Source of the DNA: Gracilinanus agilis
Taxonomy: Eukaryota
Length of the DNA stretch: 64,000 nt
Direction of reading: 5' to 3'
Assembly (NCBI RefSeq): GCF_016433145.1
Contig: NC_058132.1
Location: forward strand, 85,070,210-85,134,209
Part shown: piece after piece, positions 27,201 to 41,456 of the stretch
Position numbering within the stretch: the stretch's first letter is position 1
Layout: each line of letters opens with the position of its first letter
Program-made: the position numbers and the translations under genes
Notes under the pieces: model-generated
The model's input: the letters and a program-made list of their open reading frames with translations, nothing else
Database searches by the model: none
Told to the model about the DNA's origin: nothing

Positions 27201-27703
27201 ACTTAGACATGCCCCTCTTAACTAGTTTAAAAATGGAGGGTGGCCAAAAGGCTTTCACTAAAGGTTAAGTTGGTGAGGGAAAACAAAAGCTTTCTATTTT
27301 AGACACAATGCAACACATTTCCTTGAAGGTAAAAACTCCTCAGAGCTGCTTAACTAAACTTGTCTAGGAGAGCAAAAGGATTTTGTGGGTGTAGAATGCA
27401 GGCTTAAGAGGCTATAAAAGCTTCCCAGGGTTAGTTTAAAATCAGCTTGGAAGCAAATTGGGATTGGGGTTGGGCAGTGTGGAGGGGGCTGCCCTTGTCA
27501 TGGTGGTTTCCCACACTGTGTTATTCTGTGTGCAGGGGGAACACAGGGTGTGCTCAGTGGTCTAAGAGCCACCTCAGCTCCAAACTGGAAGTACAAGTGG
27601 CTAGTGCACACTTGAGACCCAAATGGGGGAGAAGGGATATAGCTGCACCAGGAGGTAGGGATCAGCTACTCAGCTATATACAGTCACCCCAAGGGGATTA
27701 GCT

Positions 27704-27712
27704 TCTTACCTT
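27704..27712 (-). promoter_or_regulatory. Candidate ERV major splice donor AAG|GTAAGA in the leader
   Basis: Consensus-like donor located between PBS and gag. Confidence 0.55.
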
Positions 27713-27954
27713 CTGTGCAGGAAACTCGGGGAACCAGTAGTGCTGGGGGGCTGAGGTAGGGAAGCTGGTGCCAGTGCTTGGGGCATGGACTCCTGTAGCT
27801 CTGAGGAATGCAGCAGGAAGTGGCTTATCCATTTCAGCCCACAGAGGGGCAGAGTGTCAGAAGAGGCAGGAGAAAAATGTGGCTTTTTAAAAAAAATTAT
27901 CTACTCCCTACATTTACTCAAATGCTTTCTTTAAAAAAATGAGAACTCTTTTTC

Positions 27955-27972
27955 CAACTTCACTGGTTGCCA
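27955..27972 (-). promoter_or_regulatory. Primer-binding-site-like sequence TGGCAACCAGTGAAGTTG
   Basis: Begins TGG a few nt after the LTR CA end. The cognate tRNA is not assignable by eye. Confidence 0.6.
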
Positions 27973-27976
27973 AAAA

Positions 27977-28393
27977 TGTAAGATTTAAATTAATATTAAT
28001 AACTCCAAGTATTAATTTTATAAAGTTTATTAATACTTATTTGAAGTAGAAGAAAATTTTAAAAGTAACAACTAGAAGTTCAAAACTAATTTTCTAACTA
28101 AAGTAAGACCACGTGTGTAAATTCCCCTCCTTGGCTGAAAGCCTGGTTCAGCAGCTACCTTAAGGGAAAGAAAGAGAGAGACATGGGGTTACTCCAAAAC
28201 TTTATCATTTGTATGCACCCAGCATTTGCATTCAGTGTGAACACGCAAATGGGATGCTGGGTAAGAGAGTCCTGGGGAACAAATTCTATCCACACACCTG
28301 TTTCCTTCTACCATTTTCAATCAGAGGCTTTAAATGGAAGTAGTAGGTGGTAGAATGTAGGAGATGTAGGAGACTGACTGGCATATCTCTACA
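27977..28393 (-). mobile_element. 5' LTR of the ERV (about 417 bp, TGTAGAGA...ATCTTACA)
   Basis: TG...CA ends on the minus strand, AATAAA in the distal part, directly followed by a PBS-like TGGCAACCA. The distal (28393) boundary is approximate. Confidence 0.7.
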
Positions 28394-30135
28394 TGTATAT
28401 ATTTGCAGGCATATATGTTTCTCTGAGTGTGGACATGTACATATCTGAATAAAATTTACTTGAGTTCCATAAAATGTATATAGCTTCCTATTTGAAGAAC
28501 AGAGAGCTTCCTTATCTTTTCACTTTCTCACCATGGCAAGTTTATAAGTAGATCAAAGACCAAACACACATTATCATGTTGCACTCCCCCACAGACACTA
28601 GATAATAATGCTACCAATTCCTAATTTCTATCTAATTTCCAGAGGAGGCTCATGATTTGTAGTATCTTCATTTGGAGATTGGTGTCAGCCCAAGCTATAG
28701 TCTCCTTGGCACTGTGATCTTCAGCCTTTCATTCCTCCTGTACCCTTAGATGCCACCTAGTTCCAGGAAGATTGGCCAAGGGGTATCAAGGACCACAGTC
28801 TTAGCCAAAAGTGTCTTTTTATTCTCTCAGAACTATTAGCAAGGACATTCCTCAGATACAGCAAAATCACTCTTAAAAACCTAGGGATAATTTTGAAAAT
28901 TGACAAGAACAAATCTTAGGATAATATTATAATAGGATTTAGTATTGAATATACAGCTTAGGGATTATATAGGCATGAAAGTCTTTCATTCAAACCCTCT
29001 TGTTTTACAAATGAAGAAACAGACAACCTGAAAAGTCAATTAATTTGCCCAAGAACCTACAGCCAAATAGATACTGGGAATTTAAAGACACATCCAAAAC
29101 AGTTTGTATCCTCAAGGAGCTTCTTATCTACTGCAGGAGTTGGGGACAACATGGGCAGTAAACACAAAGTAACTTTTGTAGAGACCTAGAACTAGCAACT
29201 GGAGAAATCAGGAAAAGGATACATACAAGAGGTGAAACCTAAATTGATCCATGAAGGAAACTAGAATGTGAGGTAAAGATGAGGAAAAAGAACATTCTAA
29301 ACATGACAGACAGCCTATGTGAAAATGTGCTAAAGAAGGAACTCTTAATTTTGAGGAGAAATTAGTGGTCCAAATTAGATAGAATATAGCATAATTGAAG
29401 ATAAAGGATAGAAGCAACAAGATGAGTTTTTTCTCCCCCATGACACCTCGATCCTCTCTTGAACCTGCATAAAAACAGGAATTATGGACCAAAGATAAAG
29501 CAATTTAAGCTTTTTCCATGGTCTGAGACACCAAGAATCCAAAAGAATGTTTAAAAAGTAACAAACTAGAATTGGATTCTTACTGACTCACTTAGTACCC
29601 CTCTCCCACCTTCCACACTACTGATGGTAAGGCCACACTTGAAATCCAAGAACATGACCTGGACTTCCACCAAAATCCACCCCTACATCCTATTCCTACC
29701 TCTCCTTTTCTAATACCATAGAGATCCTAGCCCTAAGCTCTGAAAGTTTGTTTAGCCTTTGACAGCTACCTTGACCACAGCCCTTCAGGAGTAAAAGCAT
29801 TCTGATGGCTAAAACCATTAGTGCTTCAAACGTCTAAACTGCCAGGTGCCAGAAACTAAGAAAAAGAGGGAGTGGGAAAGATAACCAGGAATAGATAATG
29901 TGCATGTAGGAAGATGTATATCACTCCACCAAACCAAACAAAAAGATCACAATATTCAACTGGGGCCAGTTCTGAACACCCCATAATCAGTTGGGGCAGA
30001 TGCCAAGGCTGGTGAACTATGAATTGCCCAGCGTGAAACTGTAGTAATAAAGAGAGCTAGTACCTGAATGTTTGACAGATTGGGAGATTGAGAAAGTCTA
30101 TGAAGTGATTCTCTCTTCTAGCTCTTCCCTGGGGC

Positions 30136-31093
30136 TGAATATACACTGGGAGACTTTAAGGGTGTGTCACCCCAAAACTGGGTGACCTAGATGGTTGTGC
30201 CGCCCCACAGTAGTTGAGGGTGAGGCTTCCCTATAAGACGAGGTATGTGGTACCCCAATCCGATTCTGGATAAGGATGGGGTTTACACATATCTCCCCAT
30301 ATCAGTTAATTTCACAGCAGGGGGTCTGGCTTCCTCCATCTTGAACCCCTCTCCCTTGTTGTCTATCAGGCAGTCTGGAACGCTATCTGACTGATGAATG
30401 GCTTTTATTATTTGCAATTCAGGGATTGGGGAAAGAGGTGAAGGGCAGAGGGATTTTGGGGTGCCCTCTTCTCTATTACTATGGAGTCTGTCACTTAGGT
30501 GGGAACCTTAATGGCTCCCACTCCTAAGCTTCTCTCCCCTTGTCCCTTCTTCTTCTGTTTCAATTTCTATTTTTCTGTTTCTATCCTTTTCTATAGTTGT
30601 AAGTTTTTGACTGAAAGGGTCTCTCAGCAGAGTTGCATAATGGGTGAAGGAGACTAAGAAATTGCTCCCAAAATGGAGTCCAAAAACTTAGCTGACTTGA
30701 TGGTTGAAATCTTGATGGATTAGATGTGATGGAATGGCTTTGATCAGAGAATCAGGGTTTCATTTTCCAAAAGAAGATCCTCAGGAAGCCCTCAGGACTA
30801 GATCTGAGCTGGGATATCCTCATCCTCTCTCCTCACAGTCCTCTGCCGGAAGACCTCTCCTCTCCCTCCTTCCTCCAGAGCATTTTCCAGAATTCTCCCT
30901 CTCTGGTCTCAACTGTCAGCAGCTCCTTCTCTGCCTCTTTTTGTCCCATCCCCTTTTCACAAATCCCATCCTTATAGAAGGAAGCTAAAATGCTTTGAGA
31001 TTTAGCTCCTAAAGAAACTGCAGTCAGAGGGGAGTCAGGAAGTGAGTGGTAAGGAAAATAGGGGGAAAAAAACTGAAAATACTAAAGATATCA
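30136..31093 (-). mobile_element. Probable solo LTR, boundaries approximate
   Basis: Minus strand reads TGATATC... to ...GTGTATATTCA with an AATAATAAAA signal at about 30405-30415. No clean TSD seen. Confidence 0.55.
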
Positions 31094-32146
31094 GGAAGAA
31101 GAAAGTTCACAGATTTGAACTTAAATAGATAAATCAAAAGGGAAAACAGTAACAACAGAAGGAAATGTGACCTCTAGATATGATAAACGAATTCATACAT
31201 CTATGGATAAATACTGAGTAAAGGTAAATAAGACAAAGTTGAGCCAGAAAGATAAATTGTAGCTAGACTTTGAAAGGCTTTAATATCATACATAGTGTAG
31301 GGGAACATGAATGATGATCCAGAGAATCCTGGGTCAGAGCAGTCACAGTTAGGATGACCAGAAGACATTATGTTATAAAATCAGAGAGAAAAAAATATCC
31401 AGAAAAAGGTGATAGTCAATTATGTTGAATGTAGCAGAAAGGGAAAGAAGTATGAGAAATAAGAAAAGGTCATTAGACTTTGAAATTGAGTTCGTAGGTG
31501 AAGACTGCTGTTTGAACCAGAGGCAGACCACCCAGCTCTCTCATTCTATCCTAGCAAAATCCTGAGGGTTACATCAAAACAAATAAGGTTTTAAAAATCC
31601 AGTAAGAAACAACAATGACTTCTGCTCCAAAACTGCACAAAAAGTCAGCCAGAAGTCCAGAGGTAATAGTAATATTGTGTCTCAAAGCCCCAACATCTTC
31701 ATTGAGACCATTAAAAAAATTAAAACACATATACCTTGCAAAGTCCTCTGTTCAAGGGTGACGTCTTCACACTTAGATCAACAGTCAAGGCCAGAGTTCT
31801 AAAGTCCCTAAAACTCTGTCTTGAGACTCCCTGAAAATTTAGGCTCTGAATACCAAAGAGAGCCATGGGAGCCAAATACCAAAAAGAGAATGACAGCAAA
31901 AAGCACAGGAGACAAAGAGTAAGAACAAACTAGGCCAACTGGATCACCCAAAAGTGTGACAAAGGGTAGAACCTTACCCTGACACAAAGCCCCAATTACT
32001 AAAGTTGGAGAGGTGAGGAAGTATATAAAAAAAAGACCAACATCTTTCAGTATAAAAATTATTATAAATCTAATGCTATAGCAACTATATGAAGAGATTG
32101 AAAGAAAAAAGTCAGTTTTCCACAAGAACTACATGAACACCTGGAC

Positions 32147-32338
32147 CAGTGATTCCCAAAGTGGGTGCCACTGTCCCCTGGTGGGTGCTACAGCGATCCA
32201 GGGGGTGTGGTGATGGCCACAGGTGCATTTATCTTTCCTATTAATTGCTATTAAAATTAAAAAAAATAATTTCCATGGGAACTAAGTAATATTTTTTCTG
32301 GAAAGGGGGTGGTAGGCCAAAAAATTTGGGAACCACTG
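32147..32338 (+). mobile_element. Non-autonomous hAT (Charlie-like) MITE, 192 bp, 8-bp TSD acctggac/acctagac, inside an L1
   Basis: TIRs CAGTGATTCCCAAA / TTTGGGAACCACTG. An 8-bp TSD is diagnostic of hAT. Confidence 0.9.
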
Positions 32339-33405
32339 ACCTAGACAAAACAAATCAAGAGACAAAATATGAATTAAAAGCACAGGAGGAAAGAATTTGA
32401 AGGAGAATTAAGTAGCTCAAAAGAGAAAATGGCAAACCATAGCCAAGAAACTGAATTTATGAAAACTTGAATAGACCAAACAGAAATCAATGATTTCATG
32501 AAAAAGCAAGAAAAGTTAGAACAAAACCAAAAGATTGAAAAAAATAGAGGAAATAAGCTATCAAATGTTAAAAACAACCGACACAAAAAAGTCAAAGATA
32601 ATTTAAGTCACTGAACCCCCTGAAAATTGTGAGTTTTAAAAAAAGCCTGATCCTGTAGAAATTATTCTAATCAAATAATCAGAAATGAAAATTGTTAGAA
32701 CCATATAGCAAAGATAGAATCTACATATCACTGCTTGAGAGAAACTCTAAAAGGAAAAGACTGGCATAGCTAAGCAGTTATAGTCCCAAAGAACTATAGT
32801 TTGGTTCACACAAGACCTGACAACTTCTACCAAAGACAAAAAAACAAAAACAAAAACGAAAACTTTCCAAGAATGTCATAGCCAAAATCTAGAGTTCTCA
32901 TATTAAAGAAAAAAATGTGGCAGTGATACAGAAAGAATCATTTCATGTACCAAGAGGCTGCAAATAGGATCGTATGTAAACTGTGGTAACATTTACTAAA
33001 AAATGGAAGATCTTGGAATACAAGAATTTCTAGTTTTTAGCTAAACTTTTTTTTTTGTGGAATTGAAAGGAAATTATAATATAATATAATACTAACATTC
33101 CAATAGAGGGAAAAGAAAGAAGTGTACTTTCAGAATATCAATGTTTACAGGGGTTATTAAGTGAGTTAAATAAGAAAATTAGGTCCTAGAGATGAAATAG
33201 TTCTGTTCTGAGGGTTTAAAAACAAGAAAGAAAAGAGGAAAGTATAGAGCAAATACATTAATGAGGAAAAGAGAAAGAATTGTGTGGAACTTGCTACATT
33301 ATCATGATTGAGAATATGTGAAAAATAAACAAATATGAAGGAGGGAGGGGAGTGAGTATTAAATGAAACTAGCTTTTGTCTGAAAGGACAAAGGTTTGAG
33401 TACAT

Positions 33406-33406
<1 letters not shown>

Positions 33407-33456
<50 letters not shown>
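33407..33456. repeat. (CA)25 microsatellite
   Basis: Read directly. Confidence 0.97.
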
Positions 33457-33459
<3 letters not shown>

Positions 33460-35502
33460 AGTTGGTTGTAAATCAGATGCAACAGGGAAAAGAGGGGGCC
33501 TGGAAATGGGAGTTAAGAGGGAGGTTAATTCTGAAAAAATGAATAGTCACAAGGAAAAGAAACAATTGTGACCCTGAAAGGAGCATTAATATAAAAGGAA
33601 AAATTAAAGAATTAGAACCTAAAGATGCCTTAAAAATCTCTTATACAACTAGAGAATGGCTGAACATATATGAATGTAAAATGTAATGGAATATTGTTGA
33701 AATGACTCAAGTGATAATGTAAGAGAATTCTGGTTAATTTGAAATTAAATTTCAAAGTGAAATAAGCAGAACCAAGAAGGCAGTTTACATAAAACAATCT
33801 TATAAAATCTTATAAAGAAAAACAATTTGAAAGACTTGAGAACTTTCATCAAGGCAATGACTAGTCAATACTAAGTATTATATAGATTCTAAGGCAGAAG
33901 AGTGGTAAGAGCCAAGCAATCAGGATTAAGTGACTTGCCCAGGATCATACAGGAAGAGGCTACGGCCAAATGTGAACCCAAGTTCTCTGTACTCAAGGCC
34001 TGGTGTTCTTCCATTGTACTACATAAGTGCCCCTAACTTCAGAAATTTTAAAAAAGAGAGATCTTTGGAAAACTTGGAGAGCAATTATAATCGAGCAATT
34101 GGGTTAAAAACAGATTGTAAGGGATTGAAGAGTAGAAGATGAAAGAAAGGAGACAATCAGCATAGAAATTTTTTTCTAGAATGAAAGGGAGGAGAGAAAG
34201 AATGATAGCCTGAAGGAATGATAGAATCAAGTAAGGGTGTGTGTATGTATATCTGTGTGTGTGTGTCTGTGTTTAAGATAGGAGAGATCAAGGAGATGCC
34301 TACATGGAGCTAATGGATAAGAAGCTCAAAGATTAGACACAAATAAGATCATCAAATGGGAAAGCAAAGGAGAGGGACCCCTCCTCTTCAATTTTCTTTT
34401 ACATCTTTAATTTATTCAGAGCTGCAAGTATAGTTGTTCATTGACAGACTAAAGGAATAGAAACAATATATAAGCATTGGTAAATCACTTTCTCACAACC
34501 TTTAGTGCACTTGTCTATTCTTAACTAGTTGTCTCACCAAGACTGCCCTGGAGAAAAAGATTTGGTAAGACTTTGCATTCTTTAGAGAAAATACAAGTAG
34601 TTTACATTTACAAAAACCTAAATTGAGAATCTCATCTACTACTTGCCCCTCACTTGCTTTGTTCCCTTTCCAACACAAATAAACAGGATTAATTTTAGCA
34701 CATCATAAATATTTATCTTACAGTGACTACATTCTTGTAACCATATCTAGAAATGAAGGGACAGAGCTCTCAGTCAATTGACACTTTGTTGACCTGCTTT
34801 CAGAGCATTTAAAATATAATGGGGAAAAATTACTTTAAAAAAGTGTCCAAGCCATTAGTAGGAACCTTAAAAAGGATTTTCCAAATGGCTTTGACTGGAA
34901 AACTGCCTTTTATCTATTCTGAAATCACCTCATAAAGAGAAACATGGAGATTACATAGCATATGATGATGAGTGGAGTAGAAAATAGAGAGCAACAAAAA
35001 AGCAGAGACTTTCTGAACAACAAAGCTGTTAGGGCTATGTGCCACATTTCTGATACAGATAATTCCTGGTTTCAGAGGAAGGAGAGGCTGAAGGTACTAG
35101 GAAGGACCAAAAGAGGAGGTGGGACCTTAAGATAGATATTCTAATCTTTCCTCTCTCCCTATCTTGTTCATTTTGTTCTTTATGCCTAGACTACTTCCCT
35201 TCATTTCCTTCTGATGAAATTTTACCTATATATCAAGATCAGCTGTATTACCACTTTTTTCCATGAAGCCCAATCTCCTTCACTTCTCTAGTTAGACATG
35301 ATATTTTCTTTCTCAGATATCATATAATAAATTTTACTGTTATTGTGGCTTGTTTTATGTGTGTTATATGCCTGTACTAGCTTTTTAGGGACAGAAATTG
35401 TGTGATATTTTTATGTCTTCCTCATTATCTGGAACAATGCTTGTCCTGCCTAACATAGGCACTAAATAATAACTGAATGTTGAAGTGAATTAATGGATTT
35501 TT

Positions 35503-35702
35503 TAATTTAAACCCTTACCTTCCATCTTATAGTCAATACTGTGTATTGGCTCCAAGGCAGAAGAATGGTAAGGGCTAGGCAATGGGGGTTAAGTGACATG
35601 CCCAGAGTTATACAACTAGGAAGTGTCTGAGGCCAGATTTGAACCTAGGACCTCCAGTCTCTAGGCCTGGCTCTCAATCCACTGAGCCACCCAGCTGCCC
35701 CC
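35503..35702 (-). mobile_element. Opossum-type SINE1, full length, with 15-bp TSD aattaatggattttt (35488-35502 / 35704-35718)
   Basis: The reverse complement begins ggggcagctgggtggctcagtggattgagagccaggcctagag, and the TSD is exact. Confidence 0.93.
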
Positions 35703-35859
35703 AAATTAATGGATTTTTAGCAGGTCTTTGCTTATTTATCCTAATATTATTTTTGAACTCCAGAGGCTGCATTACTCCTAAATTCCAGTAAGACCTCTGA
35801 GTAACATATACTACCTATCTCTCTATCCCTGGAGCAGCAGGGCAACCCTGCCTCCCCTT

Positions 35860-36052
35860 TTAGAGTGGTGAGTGATGTGAGAAATGACCTCAGGCACTTG
35901 TGGATATGGGGAGGGCAGCAGCCTGGCCCCGCATCCCTCTGGCTTTCTAGGAATGAATTCTGGTGAACTCTGCTGGGGCAACGGCATGTATGCCCACAGA
36001 AAAGGTTCTGAGAGTCCCTTCTGGCATATGTGCCATAGGATCACTATCACAG
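35860..36052 (+). mobile_element. hAT1-like MITE fragment (terminus ...ggcatatgtgccataggatcactatcac)
   Basis: Shares gtgatgtgagaaatg.cctcaggc...ggagcagcc...tctggca..tgtgccatagg with the reverse complement of 40743-40976. Confidence 0.6.
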
Positions 36053-36394
36053 ATCTAGGGCAATGGTGTCATACTCATAGAAATGAAGCCCACTCACTGG
36101 TAGATAAGAATTCCTATGGGCAGCATTTGGACTTAGAAAACCACATATTTTAACATTATCTATGTCCTATTGTATTTTTTATTTTGTTACTATTTCCCAG
36201 TTACATCTCCATATGGATCTGATCACATTGAGGAGTGTTATGGGCTACATAAAGCATGTGGACTGCATGTTTGACTCCTCTGATCTAGAGGATACATACC
36301 TGACTTACCAGTATGACCAGGGAGAGAAAAGTAGGGATGCCCTCAGGGACCAAACTTGGTAGCATCATTAGCAGATTCTCTTTTCTTCTCCTAA

Positions 36395-36595
<201 letters not shown>

Positions 36596-36924
36596 TGAGT
36601 AAGTCTCTTAAATGTCTAAGAACTCAAGGGTGATATACAGGAAGAAAGTGATGGGGGAAGTAGGGAACACATGGAGATAATGTGGAGAGGTCCCTTGGAA
36701 GCAGTGAGTTTTAGGCCACATTGTTAATGAAGAAAGTGGCATGGATAGAGTGGTAGAGAGAAGTAGAGTGAGCCTTCCAGATGAAATAACAGCCTAAAAA
36801 GGGTCTGGGGATGGATAAATGTATATAAAGATTATTAACCTGGAGTTCCTAATTTTAAAAAATATGTGTGGTGAAAGGAAATGATTCTCTAGAATGATTC
36901 TAATATCTGTATTGGATATAGATT

Positions 36925-37001
36925 TCTATAAATGATATAGAAACAAAAGGGACAAAATATCTACGTATATCTATAAATGATATAGAAACAAAAGGGACAA
37001 A
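36925..37001 (+). repeat. Perfect 32-bp direct repeat (tctataaatgatatagaaacaaaagggacaaa) x2 with a 13-bp filler
   Basis: Copies at 36925-36956 and 36970-37001. Confidence 0.92.
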
Positions 37002-37077
37002 GAGAAATTACTTCTCTGGGTTTGTGCAGTGAGTTTGTGGTAGAAAATAGAAAGAAACTTAATCTCCTACCTCCTAG

Positions 37078-37368
<291 letters not shown>

Positions 37369-38478
37369 TAATCAATAAACATTCACTAAGCACCTACTAT
37401 GTATCAGGTACTGTGTTAAGCACTGAGGATACAAAAAGACATAAAAGACAGTCCTTGCCCTTCAATACTTCAAAATCTAAAGGGAGAGATAATAAGCAAA
37501 CATTATGTCCAAACAAATTATATATAGGATAAATAGGAAATACACACTGTACTCTCACTACAACTAAGAATCTGCCTTGGTAGAGATCAGTGAAACTACT
37601 AGTGACCATGGCTGTTATGTTTCCTGGCCTCAGGATTGGGAAAAGGACTAGTGGCTCCTAATTAAATCTTATTTATTGAATGAGATATCTCCTGGTTTTC
37701 ATTAATGCTGTTTTTTTAGTATATAGTTTCATCCATTTTCATTTACCACTAGGATAAAGGAGAGAAGGTAGTGTTTGAGGAGAGCAGCAGGTGAGTACAC
37801 AGATAACAGAATTGTTTTATGATAGAGAAGTATGAGACATGAATGTGTGAAATATGAAACCCCACAATGATGGGATGGTTTTTCTTCTTTATAAGTTAAC
37901 AATCATGGCACTGATAGGGTATCTGGAGCCCTAAATCTCAACAAAGAAGAAAAAAATCAAAGTAGACAATTAAAGGGTTAACATAAGGATGAAAGTGAAC
38001 ACAAACTAGAGGTTGAAGAAAATTAAGATCTATATGGGTGGTCAAGAAAACAGTGAGAAAATGGATGGGTGTACCCTAGGACCTCCTGGGAAATGATAAA
38101 GAAGATTTAGATCCCCAAGCATTAGGGCCCGCCCTGTCCAAGTCTCCATTCTAAGAAGGCAATGAGGCAGGAAAGACCAGCATAGATGTTTCCTGACTTG
38201 TTATCTCCCTGTCTCTTTCTCTTTTGCTGGAAGGAAATTAATTGAAAAGGGGATAGTAATTTAAATAATACAAAATTGAATCATTTGGACTTTTGAGAGA
38301 GATGATATGATGTCTTCCTGATTACTGTAGGACAAATGAATCTAGTCTTTATGGATGTCAAGCAATATAAGCTTTAGATTTTTTTGTTTTGTTTTGCTTT
38401 CATTTCCCTCCCTAGTGGTCACAACCTTGCAGCTTATTGATTTGCCTGAAAGTTTCTATGCCCTCTTTCAACAATTGA

Positions 38479-38688
<210 letters not shown>

Positions 38689-39768
38689 TGATCTCAGTCT
38701 TACAAGGTAAAGGGACTGCCAGCCTTCCCCTTTACTTTCTTTCTGAGGGCAGCAAAGCAGAATTGATTCAGTGCCCCAGTTGGAGTCAGGAAAATTTGGG
38801 TCCAGCTTCCATCTCTCCTGCAAGTCTGTGTGTAACTGGGCAAGTCATTTAATGCTTTGAACTTCGATGTTATTTGTAGAGTGGAGATACTAATGCTTGT
38901 AGCCCATATCTCACATGTTATTTTTAAAATCAAGTGAAATAATGTATTGAAAATACTCTGCAAATCTCTAAACGCTATATAAATATCAAGATTGTAGAGC
39001 AGAGTTGTCACACTAGTGACCAGCAATCCATAAGCAGCCCACAAAATTACTCAGTGCTCCATGAATTGAGACTAAAATGTAATTGGGAAATGTTTAACAA
39101 AGTAAAATACAATGCAGCATAGATGATGTTAAGTTGTGGTTTTCTAAGTTTGCAGGGATCTATTTCTATTTTAATTTGATACTACTAGTATAGAGGAGCT
39201 TTTTGCAAAACAATTTGTACTCCAGACTAGAGGAACTCTTAATGTATAATGCTTCTGTAATGAAAAGATTCTCTTTATCATTGATGGGAATTATATGTTT
39301 GTTATGTCCTTTTAATATGCCCATTTTGAAGAGCTCTTTTGAGGAGCTTTTTGAAAACATTTCCCTGGGATTGGGGAGGGGTAGAAAGAAAGATATGAAT
39401 GTGAGATCAGCAGCAGCAGGATCAGAACACATATGATATGGTTAATTGGTTTTGACTGGTGTCCACCTTACCTAGTTTTGCTGGTATTTACTGAAGTCTT
39501 CTGGAAGCTTGGACTGCTTCTGATATGGTATCCTACATATAACAAATATTCAATAGATATGGTTATAATAAGGAAGAGTATCTCTGTGGGACAGGGAGGA
39601 AGCACAAGCTTGCTCAGGGTAACACAGCAAATTGGAACAACATCTTGGAATTCCTTATTAGGAATCTCAGGATCTCTCAACATTGCCTGCTAAGTTAGCT
39701 ATTGACTGGAATTGATTGGATAGCATGTAGTTACATCTAGCTAGCTAATCTCTCAGTGTTAGTGATAA

Positions 39769-40134
<366 letters not shown>

Positions 40135-40742
40135 TAGCAGTGATGAAAGATAAGGACAAGCAGCGTTCACCTTCACAAAGACGATGAGTTTGAAAGTGGT
40201 TTGAAGTATGGACAAGAGTAAGACATCTCTATAACGTGTCTTATTCTTGGGAACATTCAAGAATGGAGTCTCTGGTTCAAATCCAGCATTACTCATTAGA
40301 CTCAGTATTTTGATTCAGAGTAGAAAAGTTTAAGGATATCTAGAGCAGAGATTGCGGGCAGCTTGCTAATTAATGATATGTAAGAGGACAAGACAAGACA
40401 TTAAAACCACTATCTATCTATCTTTCCTTTACCTGTTATCTCATTATAGTATCCACCATTATAGCTTCATTCTTGTGGCTTCTAAAGGCTACAATATCCA
40501 AGAATCTACTTTCAAAGTACAAATCTGCCTATAAAGTCATGCCTTAAGTAATTGATTAGCACTTAGCTAGTCACTAATAAAATACTATACATTAGCCAAG
40601 ATGGAACATATGTTGGGTAGGAAGGAAAGAAGAATCTGAAAAGAAAAATGGGACTATTTAAAACACAGTCTTTGCCCAATGATCAATTTTGTTTGTAGCC
40701 ACAAGGACCGACAAATATCCCTTCCAACTTAAGACCATAGGA

Positions 40743-40976
40743 CCATGTTGGTGAACCTATGGCACACATGCCAGAGTGTGCTGGAGGGGGCTGCTCCCTT
40801 CCCCCTCTCCACATGAGCCTAGGACATTTCTTACATGACCCGCCCCTCTGCCCAGCAGCCCAATGGGAGCACTTCCTCTCTTCCCTGTCTGGGGCAAGGT
40901 AGGAGGCTCACAAGTGGTATGAGGGTTGCAGTTTGGGCAATTGGTCTCTAAGGTCTCAAAAGGTTTGCTATAACAA
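40743..40976 (-). mobile_element. hAT1-like MITE with degenerate CAGTGATGGCGAACCT-type TIRs
   Basis: Left end ccatgttggtgaacctatggcacacatgcc and right end aaaaggtttgctataac. Confidence 0.65.
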
Positions 40977-41282
40977 AATATAGAATGTAGAATATGGTTG
41001 ATTTTCCCCTATCTGGGATATGGACTCTAGTGTTTATACTTTTTCCACAGAATATAAAAAAGTATTGCCATTAGCCCATTCTGGGCACCCTTTTGGGTAC
41101 AGAGTAGGATGAAATCTTTAGTTCTATGCCATCTAATTCTCCCTCATAGAAATGTATACACAGATCCCTATTTTACTTTTATTTGCCAATATTCTACTCT
41201 ATCCAGGACTCAGTCTGCAAAAATCAGGCTTTCAGTATTAAACTGGGCTGCTGTGGTCATTCTTCTCCTATTTTGATTACAG

Positions 41283-41456
41283 CTATCACCTGTGGACACC
41301 CAGGCAATCCAGCCAATGGCATCACACAGGGTAGTCAATTTAACCTCAATGATATGGTGAAGTTTATCTGCAATGAAGGGTATTTAGCAGAGGGACCTTC
41401 AGGAGCCCAGTGCCTGGCCAATGGTCAATGGAGCAACGCACTGCCTGTTTGCAGAA
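41283..41456 (+). CDS. CSMD2: CSMD2 exon (174 nt): Sushi, PITCGHPGNPANGITQGSQFNLNDMVKFICNEGYLAEGPSGAQCLANGQWSNALPVCR
   Basis: ttttgattacag| acceptor and |gtaagt donor. ORF track 41183. Confidence 0.96.

Larger units (their letters stand above)
19830..28393 (-). mobile_element. Decayed class I (gamma/epsilon-like) endogenous retrovirus: 5' LTR, PBS, leader, gag, pro, pol; 3' LTR not found
   Basis: Ordered minus-strand motifs: capsid MHR (QKSEENPSQFMDRLIE), zinc knuckle (CYFCGKRDH), protease (DCLLENGAS), RT (*FVDDLLLAS; KVKYLGFIL), RNase H (LFTDGSS; SAQGSEL; IYTDSRY), integrase (HKNGHFG; DSDKGIHF; YHPQSSGQVERMN; [16 protein letters not shown]). Confidence 0.92.
31500..33860 (+). mobile_element. 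Old degraded L1 (5' UTR, ORF1 remnant and 3' pieces)
   Basis: A-rich ORF1-like text at 32340-33000 and L1 3'-type text at 33650-33860. Confidence 0.65.

Noticed and set aside
19830-28393. Domesticated or still-active ERV (for example a syncytin-like gene)
   Set aside because: Protease (ENG for DTG) and RT (*FVDD) motifs are broken, RNase H carries two insertions, there is no intact env and no 3' LTR.
33166-33453. ORF MCVCVCVCV...
   Set aside because: Translation of the (CA)25 microsatellite.
35823-36153. GC-richer ORFs upstream of the 36399 exon, considered as an extra exon
   Set aside because: The sequence matches the hAT1-like MITE. It has no Sushi or CUB pattern, and the flanking exons already join in frame.
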